Below are positions 54,867 to 63,993 of a DNA stretch of 64,000 nucleotides, piece after piece; positions within the stretch are counted from its first letter, which is position 1; the number at the start of each line of letters is the position of its first letter. The DNA is from Methanobacteriota archaeon (GTDB lineage Archaea; Thermoplasmatota; Thermoplasmata; SG8-5; DAIRED01): contig JAZDNO010000006.1 of NCBI GenBank assembly GCA_043799545.1, positions 3,413 through 67,412 on the forward strand. The letters run 5' to 3'. A program made the position numbers and the translations under genes. Below the pieces are notes generated by a model, which ran no database searches, was not told the origin of the DNA, and saw only the letters and a list, made by a program, of their open reading frames with translations.

Positions 54867-55700
54867 TCAACCGACTGCGCAGCAAACCGACCGCCTTCCG
54901 ATGTTCATACCCGACTTCTTCCATGCCTCCATGGACTTTCTAGAAGGATTGACGATGCCCGAGATGCCGAGCTCCATCGCCGCCAGCTCGAATTCCACCC
55001 ATCCCCTCGGCCTCATGCAACCGAGGATGACTGACGCATCGGGGAGCGTGGCCCGCGCGGCTCCGATGATGTCGAGGGCTCGGACCGGGTCGACTGCTCG
55101 GTCCTCGAATGCGGTTCCTTTGGTGGGAACGAGGATGTTGAGGACCAGCCTTTCGGTTTTGTATTCATTCAATCTTGCCAGCGCCGCCAGTTCGCCGCTG
55201 TCGGATCCGCCCCTCAGTCCAATGGTCAGGTGCGGCACGACCCTCAGGCCAGTGCCGAGAAGGATTTTGTAAGACTTCCAGTAATCGTCCACCCGCTTGT
55301 CGAGGCCGAAAACCTCCCGAACGGTCTCGTCGCTCCCGAGGACATCGACCGACACGACGCCGGGTTTTACAGCGGCAAGGCCTTTGGCAAACCCATGGTC
55401 GCACAAACCGACGTGGAGGTTTGTCTTCAAGGCCAGCTCGCGTCCGATTCGCTCGACGACCGGGAGAAAAGGACCGAGAGGAACTCTTCCTTCCACGTCA
55501 CATCCCCCGCTGACCAGGAGGCCCGTTCCCCCCCGCTCCGCCAGTCGGCGGGCGAACTGCCAAAGCGTCTCCGGGTCGGTAGTTGGGGACATGCCCGAGA
55601 GGTACTTGCCCGAGCAGTGGGCGCAGTCAAGGCCACATTCCGGGCCAGTGACCGAAACGGCAGGAAAGTTATTGCCTGGTTCGTAGACTGTGAGGGCCAT
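54867..55700 (-). CDS. radical SAM domain protein of ~277 aa; possibly LipS-like
   Basis: CGLDCAHCSG CxxxCxxC motif and SGGCDVEG glycine-rich SAM-binding segment. Confidence 0.6.
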   Translation of the reverse strand: MALTVYEPGNNFPAVSVTGPECGLDCAHCSGKYLSGMSPTTDPETLWQFARRLAERGGTGLLVSGGCDVEGRVPLGPFLPVVERIGRELALKTNLHVGLCDHGFAKGLAAVKPGVVSVDVLGSDETVREVFGLDKRVDDYWKSYKILLGTGLRVVPHLTIGLRGGSDSGELAALARLNEYKTERLVLNILVPTKGTAFEDRAVDPVRALDIIGAARATLPDASVILGCMRPRGWVEFELAAMELGISGIVNPSRKSMEAWKKSGMNIGRRSVCCAVG

Positions 55701-55774
55701 CGAACACGCAATCCGGTCTGCCTATATCAAACCCGCCGCGAAGGATTATATCCCACCCCGGCGATTTTGGCTCG

Positions 55775-56746
55775 GTGGAAACGATGAAGGCCATGATATC
55801 CGACCTGAAGCCTGGCAGCAGGGTTGGGAGCTACTTCTCAGTGAAGTTAAAGAAAGCGCCGAGGGAATACAAGTACGGCTGGATGTTCGAGCTCCGCGTC
55901 GCGGACTCGAGCGGGGAAATCGCGGCCAAGTACTGGGGTCCACCGAGCCAGGCCGAAGTCCAGAAGGCGTTCGACTCGTTCGCTTCCGGGGACGTGGTCA
56001 GGGTCACCGGAGAGGCGAGAGAGTTCGGGCAGGGAATGGAGATAGGGATAAACCCGAAGAACGGCGACAGCATCACGAGAATGCCGGAAGGGGAATACGA
56101 CCTCGAAGACCTAGTCGGAAAGAGCCCAGTTGACCGGAAGGTGATGGTTGAGGAACTGGCGGTCATCGCAGCTTCAGTGAGGGACAAGCACCTTTCCGCC
56201 CTTCTGGACCGATTCTTCGGAAAGGAAGGAATACTGGACTCTTTCTCTTCGGCCCCAGCGTCGATGCAGATGCACTCCAACTACGCCGGCGGGCTCTTGG
56301 AGCACAGCATCAAGGTGGCGCGCATATGCGATGCGATGGCGGGGCAGTATCCCGCGGTCGACAGGGACCTTCTTGTTGCCGGGGCCTTGCTCCATGACAT
56401 AGGGAAGGTGCGGGAGATGGAGATTGGAACGAGCATCGAGGTGTCGGACGAGGGGATGTTCCGCGGTCACGTCGTGATAGGCGACGAAATGGTAGGGGAA
56501 GCGGTGGCGCTTGTCCCGGGATTTCCAAAAATGCTCGGGTTGAAGCTGAGCCACATGATGCTCTCGCACCACGGGAAAAAGGAATGGGGCTCGCCGAAAG
56601 AGCCTCAGACAGCGGAGGCTCTGCTGCTCCACTTCGGCGATATGGCCGATTCCCAGGTGTTCCAGTACCTCCGAGCCAGGGCGGAGGCGAAAACGGACGA
56701 CGACTGGGCATGGGACCGGCGCCTGGGGCATATCTATCTGAAATGA
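55775..56746 (+). CDS. OB-fold plus HD-domain phosphohydrolase (YhaM-like 3'-5' exoribonuclease family)
   Basis: N-terminal OB-fold region. HD motifs HS...LLHDIGK...HH. Confidence 0.65.
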   Translation: METMKAMISDLKPGSRVGSYFSVKLKKAPREYKYGWMFELRVADSSGEIAAKYWGPPSQAEVQKAFDSFASGDVVRVTGEAREFGQGMEIGINPKNGDSITRMPEGEYDLEDLVGKSPVDRKVMVEELAVIAASVRDKHLSALLDRFFGKEGILDSFSSAPASMQMHSNYAGGLLEHSIKVARICDAMAGQYPAVDRDLLVAGALLHDIGKVREMEIGTSIEVSDEGMFRGHVVIGDEMVGEAVALVPGFPKMLGLKLSHMMLSHHGKKEWGSPKEPQTAEALLLHFGDMADSQVFQYLRARAEAKTDDDWAWDRRLGHIYLK

Positions 56747-56804
56747 ACCCCCGATACGCTTTTAAACCCCATCGCTTTACAGAGAGATGCCAAGAGGTTG
56801 TACG

Positions 56805-57029
56805 ATGAAGGCGTTCAAAGTCACAGGCACGTTCCGGAACAGGCCAGGCATGCAGAAGTTCTCAAAGGAAGTCGCCGCCAAGGGAAAGGACGAAGCGGTC
56901 GAGGCGATTATCTCCGTTATTGGCAGCAAGCACAGGGCCAAGCGGAGGGAGATACTCATCGAGAGCGTTTCAGAGATGAAGAATGACGACATCACCGACC
57001 AGGTCGTGCTTCACAGGATGCAGTCGTGA
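56805..57029 (+). CDS. rplX: 50S ribosomal protein LX (L18Ae)
   Basis: MKAFKVTGTFRNRPGMQKFSKEVAA...REILIESVSE, typical of LX. Followed directly by pfdA. Confidence 0.8.
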   Translation: MKAFKVTGTFRNRPGMQKFSKEVAAKGKDEAVEAIISVIGSKHRAKRREILIESVSEMKNDDITDQVVLHRMQS

Positions 57030-57033
57030 GACC

Positions 57034-57456
57034 ATGGAACAGGCTGAACTAGAGGACAAGCTGGCGCTTCTCGAACAGTACAAGACGCTTCTCGAGCGGC
57101 TGGCCAAACAGGACGAGGGATTGCGGGCCGAACTTGAGGAGCACATGCGCGCCCGAGACACCCTTCAGCGCCTCGACCAGATGAAGAAGGGCGAGGAACT
57201 CCTGGTCCCCATCGGCGCAAACTGCTTCGTATACGCGAGCGTGAAGAATGCCAGGAAGGTCATCAACTCGGTGGGCTCGGGCGTCGCGGTCGAGGACACG
57301 GTCAAGAAGGCCATCGAGCGCCTGGACGATGCGGTAAAGCAGCTCAACGAGGCAGGGCAGAAACTAGCCGAGAGGGTGCAGGAGATGGACGGCAAGGCGC
57401 GGGAGCTCGCGGCAGAGGTCGACCAGGCATACCAGCAGATGACCCACAAGCACTAG
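57034..57456 (+). CDS. pfdA: prefoldin alpha subunit
   Basis: Coiled-coil/beta-hairpin pattern LVPIGANCFVYASV. Conserved position upstream of ftsY. Confidence 0.8.
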   Translation: MEQAELEDKLALLEQYKTLLERLAKQDEGLRAELEEHMRARDTLQRLDQMKKGEELLVPIGANCFVYASVKNARKVINSVGSGVAVEDTVKKAIERLDDAVKQLNEAGQKLAERVQEMDGKARELAAEVDQAYQQMTHKH

Positions 57457-57464
57457 GGGTCCCA

Positions 57465-58391
57465 ATGTTCAATTTTCTCAAAGAGAAGCTCGGGCTGATA
57501 AAAAACGAGGCTTCTGCGGACAAAGATCTCATAGTCGAGCAGGGCGGCTTTTGGTCTATCAAGGAGTCGAAACTCGAGGATGTCCTGTGGGCGCTGGAAG
57601 TATCGCTGATGGAGGCCGACGTAGCCGTCGAGGTGATAGCCGAGATAAAGGACAGCCTCAAGAAGGAGCTGGTGGGAAAGAAGCTGGCATGGGGGGCGAA
57701 CATCGGGGAGGCGGTCGAGGGCGCGCTTCGCAAGAGCGTCACGTCGCTGCTGTCCCGGCAAAGCTTCGATTTCGATCAGTTCGTCGCCGGGCACGCCCGG
57801 CCAGTCGTGGTGATGTTCGTCGGGGTGAACGGGACGGGCAAAACGACGGCCATCGCGAAGGTGGCCAATCGGCTGAAATCTCAGAAGATGGGATGCGTTT
57901 TGGCCGCCGGTGACACGTTCCGCGCCGGGGCGATAGAGCAGCTCTCGCTCCACGCCGACAAGCTAGGGGTCAAGGTAATCAAGCACTTGGCCGGCAGCGA
58001 CCCGGCTGCGGTGGCCTACGACGCCATAGAGCACGCCCGCGCCAGGAACAAGGACATCGTTTTGATTGATACGGCGGGCAGGATGCAGACGAACGCGAAC
58101 CTGATGGACGAGCTGAAGAAGGTCAAGCGCGTGGCCGAGCCCCATCTCGTAATATTCGTAGGAGACTCTCTCGCGGGAAACGACGCCATAGAGCAGGCGA
58201 AGGCGTTCGATGCGGCGGTGGGAATAAACGCGGTCATACTCACGAAAATCGACGCGGACTCCAAAGGCGGCGCCGCGCTGAGCATCGCGCACGCCATCAG
58301 GAAGCCCATCGCGTTCGTCTCCACGGGCCAGGAATACGACCAGTTCCAGAAGTTCGACGCGGAGTGGATGGCGAAGAGGATATTCGAGTGA
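57465..58391 (+). CDS. ftsY: signal recognition particle receptor FtsY
   Basis: SRP GTPase motifs VVMFVGVNGTGKTTAIAKVA, DTAGR, TKID. Confidence 0.9.
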   Translation: MFNFLKEKLGLIKNEASADKDLIVEQGGFWSIKESKLEDVLWALEVSLMEADVAVEVIAEIKDSLKKELVGKKLAWGANIGEAVEGALRKSVTSLLSRQSFDFDQFVAGHARPVVVMFVGVNGTGKTTAIAKVANRLKSQKMGCVLAAGDTFRAGAIEQLSLHADKLGVKVIKHLAGSDPAAVAYDAIEHARARNKDIVLIDTAGRMQTNANLMDELKKVKRVAEPHLVIFVGDSLAGNDAIEQAKAFDAAVGINAVILTKIDADSKGGAALSIAHAIRKPIAFVSTGQEYDQFQKFDAEWMAKRIFE

Positions 58392-58394
58392 TAC

Positions 58395-60701
58395 TTATTT
58401 CTTAGTGGCTTTTATCCTAGCGCAAACTGGACACCAGGTTCCATTATTTTTAATACTGCTTGGTCTTGCTTCCCAAGTATGTCCTTTATTGCACATCCAT
58501 TTTATCTTAGTATTATTGTTCAGATATTTGTCTGAAACACATCGCCCTCCTCGTTTTTGTGCAATTTCTTTCATTAACTCTATGTTTAACCTTTGGGATG
58601 CTCCTTTCTTCGATTGTGCACATATAGGGCACCATTGCCCCCTTTGAATATGACCTGGTGTATTCTCCCATTCATGACCGAAACCACAGCGCCATTTTAA
58701 CTTTGTTTTAGAATTAACATATCGTTTGGATAGACACATACCTCCGCAATTCTCTGCAATTCGTTGCATATGGTCTATTGTTTTGCCACGGCCAACACAA
58801 AAAGGGCACCAGTGGCCTTGCCTAACTGTTGATGGTCGAGCTAAGAATATATGCCCTTCTTTACATCTCCATTTCAATTTAGTTGATGAATTAAAATATT
58901 TTGGTGATATGCATTTTCCACCTTTCAATATTGCTAATTTCTCCATATCTTCAATCGACGGCCGTTGTGCATCAATTACCTTTTTGCGACTACAAATGTG
59001 ACACCAATGGCCTTTTGCTATTGATGTAGGTACTGCCAACCATTCATGGCCTTCACTACATTTCCATTTCAATTTAGTTGAAGAATTGATATATGCCTGA
59101 GATTGACAAATTCCATTCTTCACCGAAGCCAATTTATTCATATCTTCTATTGTTTTTCCATAGCCAACGCAATAGGGGCACCAATGACCCATGAAAATGC
59201 TTGCCGGGGGGGCCTCCCAAATGTGCCCATCTTTGCATTTCCATTTTAATTTGACATTACTTTTAATATATTTTTCCGAGAGACAATCTCCTCCTTTATT
59301 TTTCGCATATTCTCTCATATCTTCTATTGTTTTATGGCGTCCGACACAATAAGGGCACCAGCTCCGTCGCTTCACGTGAATTGGCATGGCTGACCAAATA
59401 TGGCCCTCTTTACATTTCCAATCTAATGCAGTATGGCTGTTTATATATACTTTTGAAAGGCAGGTCCCACCCCTTTCGCTCGCTATTTGTCTCATTTCAT
59501 TTATCTTGTTTGGCTTATAAATATTGAAAGATTTGTAATTATAAATATCTAAATTGTTAATGGTAAATTTCAAGTCTCTATTTTTGCACTGGTTGATGAT
59601 AAATTCCGCCATTTTATCGAATTCAATATCGTATGGTACTTCTATTAAAGCGATGTTATGTTTCACACATAACTCTCTTTTTACTTGGTCCCTCATCTGC
59701 CTTTCTATTAACGATTCCTTCTGATCAAAAAACTTCTTAGTTTTATAATGTTGCACTCCAGAATATTCAAAAGCTATGCCTAGTTCTTTGCAGTAACCAT
59801 CTAATTCCATTTTATTGCCCGTCTTTGGATTTATCAACCAGGATGGTTTTATCCTTGGAAACTCCTTTTTGAAAAGTCGTTGAAAGATCTCTCGACATAT
59901 TTTCTCGCTCACGCCAGTTTTACATACTGGACACCATTGTCCTTTTTTAATATTACTAACTATATTTACCCACGAGTGCCCCTCGCTACATTGCCATTTT
60001 AAAGGAGTTCGATTACTGGAATATTTGCTGGATAGTAATAGTCCACCTCTTGCTTTGGCAAGGTCTTGAATATCCTTAATGCGTAATCTTTGTCTGTCGG
60101 TATTGCGTTCTATAGCGCAAGTAGGACACCATTGACCACGTTTTACACTATGTGGCGCCATATAAAACGTATGTCCTTTTTTACAACGCCATAATAACTT
60201 TAAAAAGGCATCACCACATTTTTTTGATAGGCAAGTACCACTCCGTTCGGCAGCAATTGTACGAAGATCTATTATATCGGTTCGGGCTTTGCCAGCACAA
60301 CGTGGACACCAAGAACCTTGGTCCTTCACACTATTGACACTGGCACTCCACTCGTGCCCTTTTGAACACTTCCACTTATATCTATTTCCACTGCGTGTAT
60401 AAACTAAAGATAAAAACTCTCCACCTCTGTCTTTAGCTAATTTCTGAATATCCTCAATTTTTAACCTACTTCGATTTGCATTGTTTATGTTACGACATAT
60501 AGGACACCAGTGACCTTGAACTAATGAGCTCGGAACAGCTGACCACTCATGACCACATTTGCATTGCCACTTCAATTTTGAATGCATATCAATATATCTT
60601 TCAGATAAACATTTACCGTCATGATTGGCAGCGTAAGTTCTCATATCCTCAATCGTTTTTTTCTTATTCATAGGCAAAGAACCATATCTGGGACCAATCA
60701 C
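58395..60701 (-). CDS. 768-aa protein with ~11 tandem zinc-ribbon repeats (K-W-x-C-x2-G-H-x-W ... G-x-W-C-P-x-C) flanking an embedded DUF559/Vsr-like PD-(D/E)xK nuclease domain; AT-rich island
   Basis: Repeats such as KLKWKCSEGHEWLAVPTSIAKGHWCHIC. Central domain ELDGYCKELGIAFEYSGVQHY matches the VDF-x-IE-DG-QH core of DUF559/Vsr-like endonucleases. GC content far below the flanks. Confidence 0.65.
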   Translation of the reverse strand: MIGPRYGSLPMNKKKTIEDMRTYAANHDGKCLSERYIDMHSKLKWQCKCGHEWSAVPSSLVQGHWCPICRNINNANRSRLKIEDIQKLAKDRGGEFLSLVYTRSGNRYKWKCSKGHEWSASVNSVKDQGSWCPRCAGKARTDIIDLRTIAAERSGTCLSKKCGDAFLKLLWRCKKGHTFYMAPHSVKRGQWCPTCAIERNTDRQRLRIKDIQDLAKARGGLLLSSKYSSNRTPLKWQCSEGHSWVNIVSNIKKGQWCPVCKTGVSEKICREIFQRLFKKEFPRIKPSWLINPKTGNKMELDGYCKELGIAFEYSGVQHYKTKKFFDQKESLIERQMRDQVKRELCVKHNIALIEVPYDIEFDKMAEFIINQCKNRDLKFTINNLDIYNYKSFNIYKPNKINEMRQIASERGGTCLSKVYINSHTALDWKCKEGHIWSAMPIHVKRRSWCPYCVGRHKTIEDMREYAKNKGGDCLSEKYIKSNVKLKWKCKDGHIWEAPPASIFMGHWCPYCVGYGKTIEDMNKLASVKNGICQSQAYINSSTKLKWKCSEGHEWLAVPTSIAKGHWCHICSRKKVIDAQRPSIEDMEKLAILKGGKCISPKYFNSSTKLKWRCKEGHIFLARPSTVRQGHWCPFCVGRGKTIDHMQRIAENCGGMCLSKRYVNSKTKLKWRCGFGHEWENTPGHIQRGQWCPICAQSKKGASQRLNIELMKEIAQKRGGRCVSDKYLNNNTKIKWMCNKGHTWEARPSSIKNNGTWCPVCARIKATKK

Positions 60702-60725
60702 AAATAATTTACCCGACGTGGGGGA

Positions 60726-61574
60726 CTAATCGTCGAACCCTTCCCCGTACACCTTTCTCGGCAGCCCGTCGTGTATCCATCGCACACCCTCCTCGTCCAG
60801 CAGCCCCTTCTCCAGAAGCATCTTCGTTCTGCGAGGAACCGTCGCCGGGCCAAGGACCGCCCCCGGCCTGCGCGGGTCGTCCATGTAGTCCGTCTCCAGC
60901 AGGAAATCGCGCCCTTGCTTCGCCGCTTCCTGGGCGTTCCTATCGCTCGCAAGCACCGAGGGCGTTAAACCGAAGTTCTGTTCACGCGTGATGTGGGGTG
61001 GCGCGAAGTGCTTGACGACCCGCTCCCTGGCAAGTCCCGCTTTATCGGCCATCAAGGCCAGCTCCTCCCAGACCTTCGCTGTCGCGCTCTCGCAATGGAT
61101 TACCACGGCGCAACCCTCTCCCTTTGCCACGCTCATTGCGTATGCCATGACGTCGTTCGACGCGTCCATCACGGGCTGTTCGACAGGAAAGTGGGGGCGC
61201 CCGACCTCGCCGATGGCCAGCGCCTTTCCCTCCGCGATGTACTCTGCCGCGAGGTCCATCCCCTCCATCATCAGGGCCTTCGCCTCAGCGAGGGGCACCT
61301 TCTCCATCATCTCCATCATCTCGACCGGGTAAGGCCCGAGGGTGCAATGGCAGCGCATGCCCGTTTCCGCCCGCACCTTGCGCGCCATCTCCACGGTTCT
61401 GTCGTACCCCTCTCTGAAATCGAAGTTGCGGACGATTGGAATGTCGTGGTAAGGCATGTGAGAGAGGATGATGCGCGTGCCGCCGGCGCGCTTGAACTCC
61501 TCGACAGCCGCCACGTGGCGCCCGGATGGCTGGAGATGCATGTGGTTGTCGAGTATCGGAACCGCATCGCTCAT
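60726..61574 (-). CDS. TatD-family metal-dependent hydrolase / deoxyribonuclease
   Basis: N-terminal DNHMHL; His/Glu/Asp ligands in a TIM-barrel pattern (EVGRP, VVIHCE). Confidence 0.65.
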   Translation of the reverse strand: MSDAVPILDNHMHLQPSGRHVAAVEEFKRAGGTRIILSHMPYHDIPIVRNFDFREGYDRTVEMARKVRAETGMRCHCTLGPYPVEMMEMMEKVPLAEAKALMMEGMDLAAEYIAEGKALAIGEVGRPHFPVEQPVMDASNDVMAYAMSVAKGEGCAVVIHCESATAKVWEELALMADKAGLARERVVKHFAPPHITREQNFGLTPSVLASDRNAQEAAKQGRDFLLETDYMDDPRRPGAVLGPATVPRRTKMLLEKGLLDEEGVRWIHDGLPRKVYGEGFDD

Positions 61575-62089
61575 TCCAATTCCAGCCCCAGCGTGTCCAG
61601 GATCTGCACCAGGACCTTGTTAATAGCCTCCTCGTCGTTCGCGCCCGTGACCGCAATCCGTCCAGAGGGGAAGATTGCCGCCTTGGCGCCGTCAAAAGGT
61701 ATTTCGAGGCGCGGCTCCTGCATGGACGGGTCTGGAGGGCCGATGCCGAACGACTCTGCCGCCGCCGCCAAATCGATAGATGACGCAATCTTCGCTTCGC
61801 AGACGACGTTCTCGACCTGCGAGGATTCGACAATGACGTCGTCAGATATGAGGAACGCCGTCGCCTCCCCAACGCCGATGAGCGTGTGAGGGAGTTGCGG
61901 ACCCGTAATGAGAAGCTCGCCGTGCGGAAATGCCAGCACCGTGCACTGCGGCTCCGCCCGCTTCTGAACTCCCGCGCCGAGCGCTTCGTCAGACACCATT
62001 CCGGGAATCCGGGCTGACGCATCGGCGAGGTTGAACGGCCTGGAAAGCTTGCAGACGACCACCGCGGAAACGACAATTACATCGGGCAT
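61571..62089 (-). CDS. tbp: TATA-box-binding protein (divergent)
   Basis: Two imperfect TBP repeats. The second carries IENVVCEAKIASSIDL...AIFPSGRIAVTGA, aligning with IENIVAS.DL...LIFSSGK.VVTGAK. Start re-set to MPDVIV at 62089. Confidence 0.6.
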   Translation of the reverse strand: MPDVIVVSAVVVCKLSRPFNLADASARIPGMVSDEALGAGVQKRAEPQCTVLAFPHGELLITGPQLPHTLIGVGEATAFLISDDVIVESSQVENVVCEAKIASSIDLAAAAESFGIGPPDPSMQEPRLEIPFDGAKAAIFPSGRIAVTGANDEEAINKVLVQILDTLGLELE

Positions 62090-62139
62090 GCAATCCTCTT
62101 CCGGTGAGTGCCGTGGTTCTCTAATAATACTTTCGCGGC

Positions 62140-62610
62140 TCACTCGATGTTGTTCGCAGAGACTGCGAGCGCAGCCCCTATGGCACCGAGCGGAAGGATG
62201 GCCAGGGCGGCGACAAATCCGGCGGTCCATGCCAGACCGGTGTGCCTGCCAGTGCTCTCCACGGCATCGATTGTGTACGGGATGGCGAACAGGACGGCTG
62301 TTGAGATGGAGGCAGACAATCCGACGGCCCACGAAGTGACGATGGCCCTCTTCATATTCTCGAATGCCAGGCCGATGCCGGCTCCTGCGACGACCGGGGC
62401 TCCCATGATGATGACCAGCCCCCACCAGGAATCGAAGGTGCTCCAGTCCAGCTCCAGCGCCGAATAGAGGAAGAATGCCGTCGTTTCGAGGGCGAAAGCC
62501 AGAGGGACCGCCAAGCCGAGCCACAGCTTAGGGAGGACGAGCGTTTGCTCAGTCGTGCCCTTTCCCTGCGAACTCCAATGGGCAAGGGTTCCAGCCTCTT
62601 CATCCTCCGC
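62140..62610 (-). CDS. small membrane protein with 4 TM helices, unknown function
   Basis: Hydrophobic helices only. Start uncertain (ATG at 62610 or 62688). Confidence 0.35.
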   Translation of the reverse strand, partial: AEDEEAGTLAHWSSQGKGTTEQTLVLPKLWLGLAVPLAFALETTAFFLYSALELDWSTFDSWWGLVIIMGAPVVAGAGIGLAFENMKRAIVTSWAVGLSASISTAVLFAIPYTIDAVESTGRHTGLAWTAGFVAALAILPLGAIGAALAVSANNIE

Positions 62611-62612
62611 CA

Positions 62613-63098
62613 TCACGATGCCTCCAGCGGAACGCTCTGGGATCCCGCGAGCGCCGAGCCGCTGCCCCTGTCTGGTACGTTGACCCAAATCCAGTAATCG
62701 ACGACGATTCCCTCGTCGTTTGCCAGCGCGGCAAATTGCTCGGCGGTTACGGGGACGGACGAAGTGTCGATGTCCGAAACACCCCGCATGAATGTTTTAT
62801 CGACCGAGCCCGTGAGGCTCAAAGCCACTCCATTCGCGCTCAAGTTGAACCAATACTCCCCCGGTTTGGTCGAGAGCCGGTCTGGTGATGTATACCTGAA
62901 CGTCAAGACCAGGATGTGCACTCCGTTTGTCGTATGCAAGCTGGCGTTTTCAATCTCCAGCCCGGCGCCGAACCCTTTTTTGCACACGTCGATGTACTGG
63001 ATTACGCTGTACGGGAGGACGGCGCACGCGGTGACGGAAGCGGCGACGAACATGACGACGAAGACGGAGTGGCGCGATTTCACAATCTCGGATGGCAA
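62613..63098 (-). CDS. N-terminally anchored extracellular-domain protein, unknown function
   Basis: One N-terminal TM helix, then a ~120-aa beta-rich domain. A TATA-like TATAAAT sits ~40 nt upstream at 63137. Confidence 0.4.
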   Translation of the reverse strand: MPSEIVKSRHSVFVVMFVAASVTACAVLPYSVIQYIDVCKKGFGAGLEIENASLHTTNGVHILVLTFRYTSPDRLSTKPGEYWFNLSANGVALSLTGSVDKTFMRGVSDIDTSSVPVTAEQFAALANDEGIVVDYWIWVNVPDRGSGSALAGSQSVPLEAS

Positions 63099-63339
63099 AG
63101 GGGGGAATTAAGCTTGCCGGAAAAGGCGCAATTCATTTATATGCAGTGAAGGATGATTTGCTTGAACCCCATGAGCACCAGGAGAAAAATTGGAGACGGC
63201 GCCCTCAAGGGAGCTCCGCCCAAGGCCAGCAAACACAGTCTCCCCGCCATCATGGCGGTGGCTGTGGCTATGGGCGTTTACCTCATTCTATACAAATTAA
63301 AAATCGTGTGAGAAGGAAATTTAGTGAAAGGTTTTGCGA

Positions 63340-63545
63340 GCGGTTATCGGTCGAGAAAGATGGCTCAGTCCGATTTTCTATGCATCAAGAGCTTTCTTTG
63401 GGAGGACTATAACAATCCGTGTATCGGTTGAGCCGAGCTGGGAGAGCCCGAATTTCTTTGCTCCAAATGCTTTCTTTGGGAGGGCTCTTCCAGAGAGGCG
63501 AAACTAAAGAAAGCGTTTCAGCGCAGCGAGACTCAAAGAAAGGGC
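63340..63545. repeat. imperfect ~78-nt tandem duplication carrying GCTTTCTTTGGGAGG (63391, 63469) and inverted copies AAAGAAAGCG / CAAAGAAAGGG (63505, 63534)
   Basis: Read directly. Units begin CGGTTATCGGTCGAG / CGTGTATCGGTTGAG and end CTTTCTTTGGGAGG(A/G)CT. Confidence 0.5.
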
Positions 63546-63546
63546 T

Positions 63547-63993
63547 TTATTTCATCGTCTTGACCCATTCGTATATCGGCGCCACGAGCTTCTTTATGCG
63601 CTCCTTCTCCGGGGTCATCGGACCGGGTTTCCAGCCCTTCGCAGGCTCGAAGTGGAAGTCCGTGACAGCGCCCACGCGCTCCCTCTCCGGCACGAAGACC
63701 ACCTGAAGCGGCATGCCGAATTCGACCTCCCATGGTTTGATGCCGGTGAGGTAGTTGGCGATGGCCACAGTGCTGCCCTCTATCTTCGCGTAGACGAGCA
63801 CGAAAGGCAGCTTCTTCAGCGACGAGCGCCCGCTCCACCCCGCGACCGTCCATGTGTGAACCTTCGCCTTCAGGGGGAACTCGACCCATTTCGTCTCCTG
63901 GAGGTTGCAATCGAGGTTCCAGCAGTTCGTCCTCGGGGGCACCCAGGCCGCGCCGCACTTCGGGCACTTCGTGCCGACGAGCTTTCCCTTCAA
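63547..63993 (-). CDS. DUF35-family Zn-ribbon/OB-fold protein (scaffold subunit of archaeal thiolase/HMG-CoA synthase complexes)
   Basis: N-terminal rubredoxin-like CPKCG...CWNLDC, then OB-fold. Size of 148 aa fits the family. Confidence 0.65.
   Translation of the reverse strand: MKGKLVGTKCPKCGAAWVPPRTNCWNLDCNLQETKWVEFPLKAKVHTWTVAGWSGRSSLKKLPFVLVYAKIEGSTVAIANYLTGIKPWEVEFGMPLQVVFVPERERVGAVTDFHFEPAKGWKPGPMTPEKERIKKLVAPIYEWVKTMK

Noticed and set aside
1-63112. HindIII sites (AAGCTT) at 1, 18510, 19574, 33313, 45709, 62047, 63107
   Set aside because: The window starts exactly at a HindIII site, consistent with a clone-library insert end. Not a biological feature.
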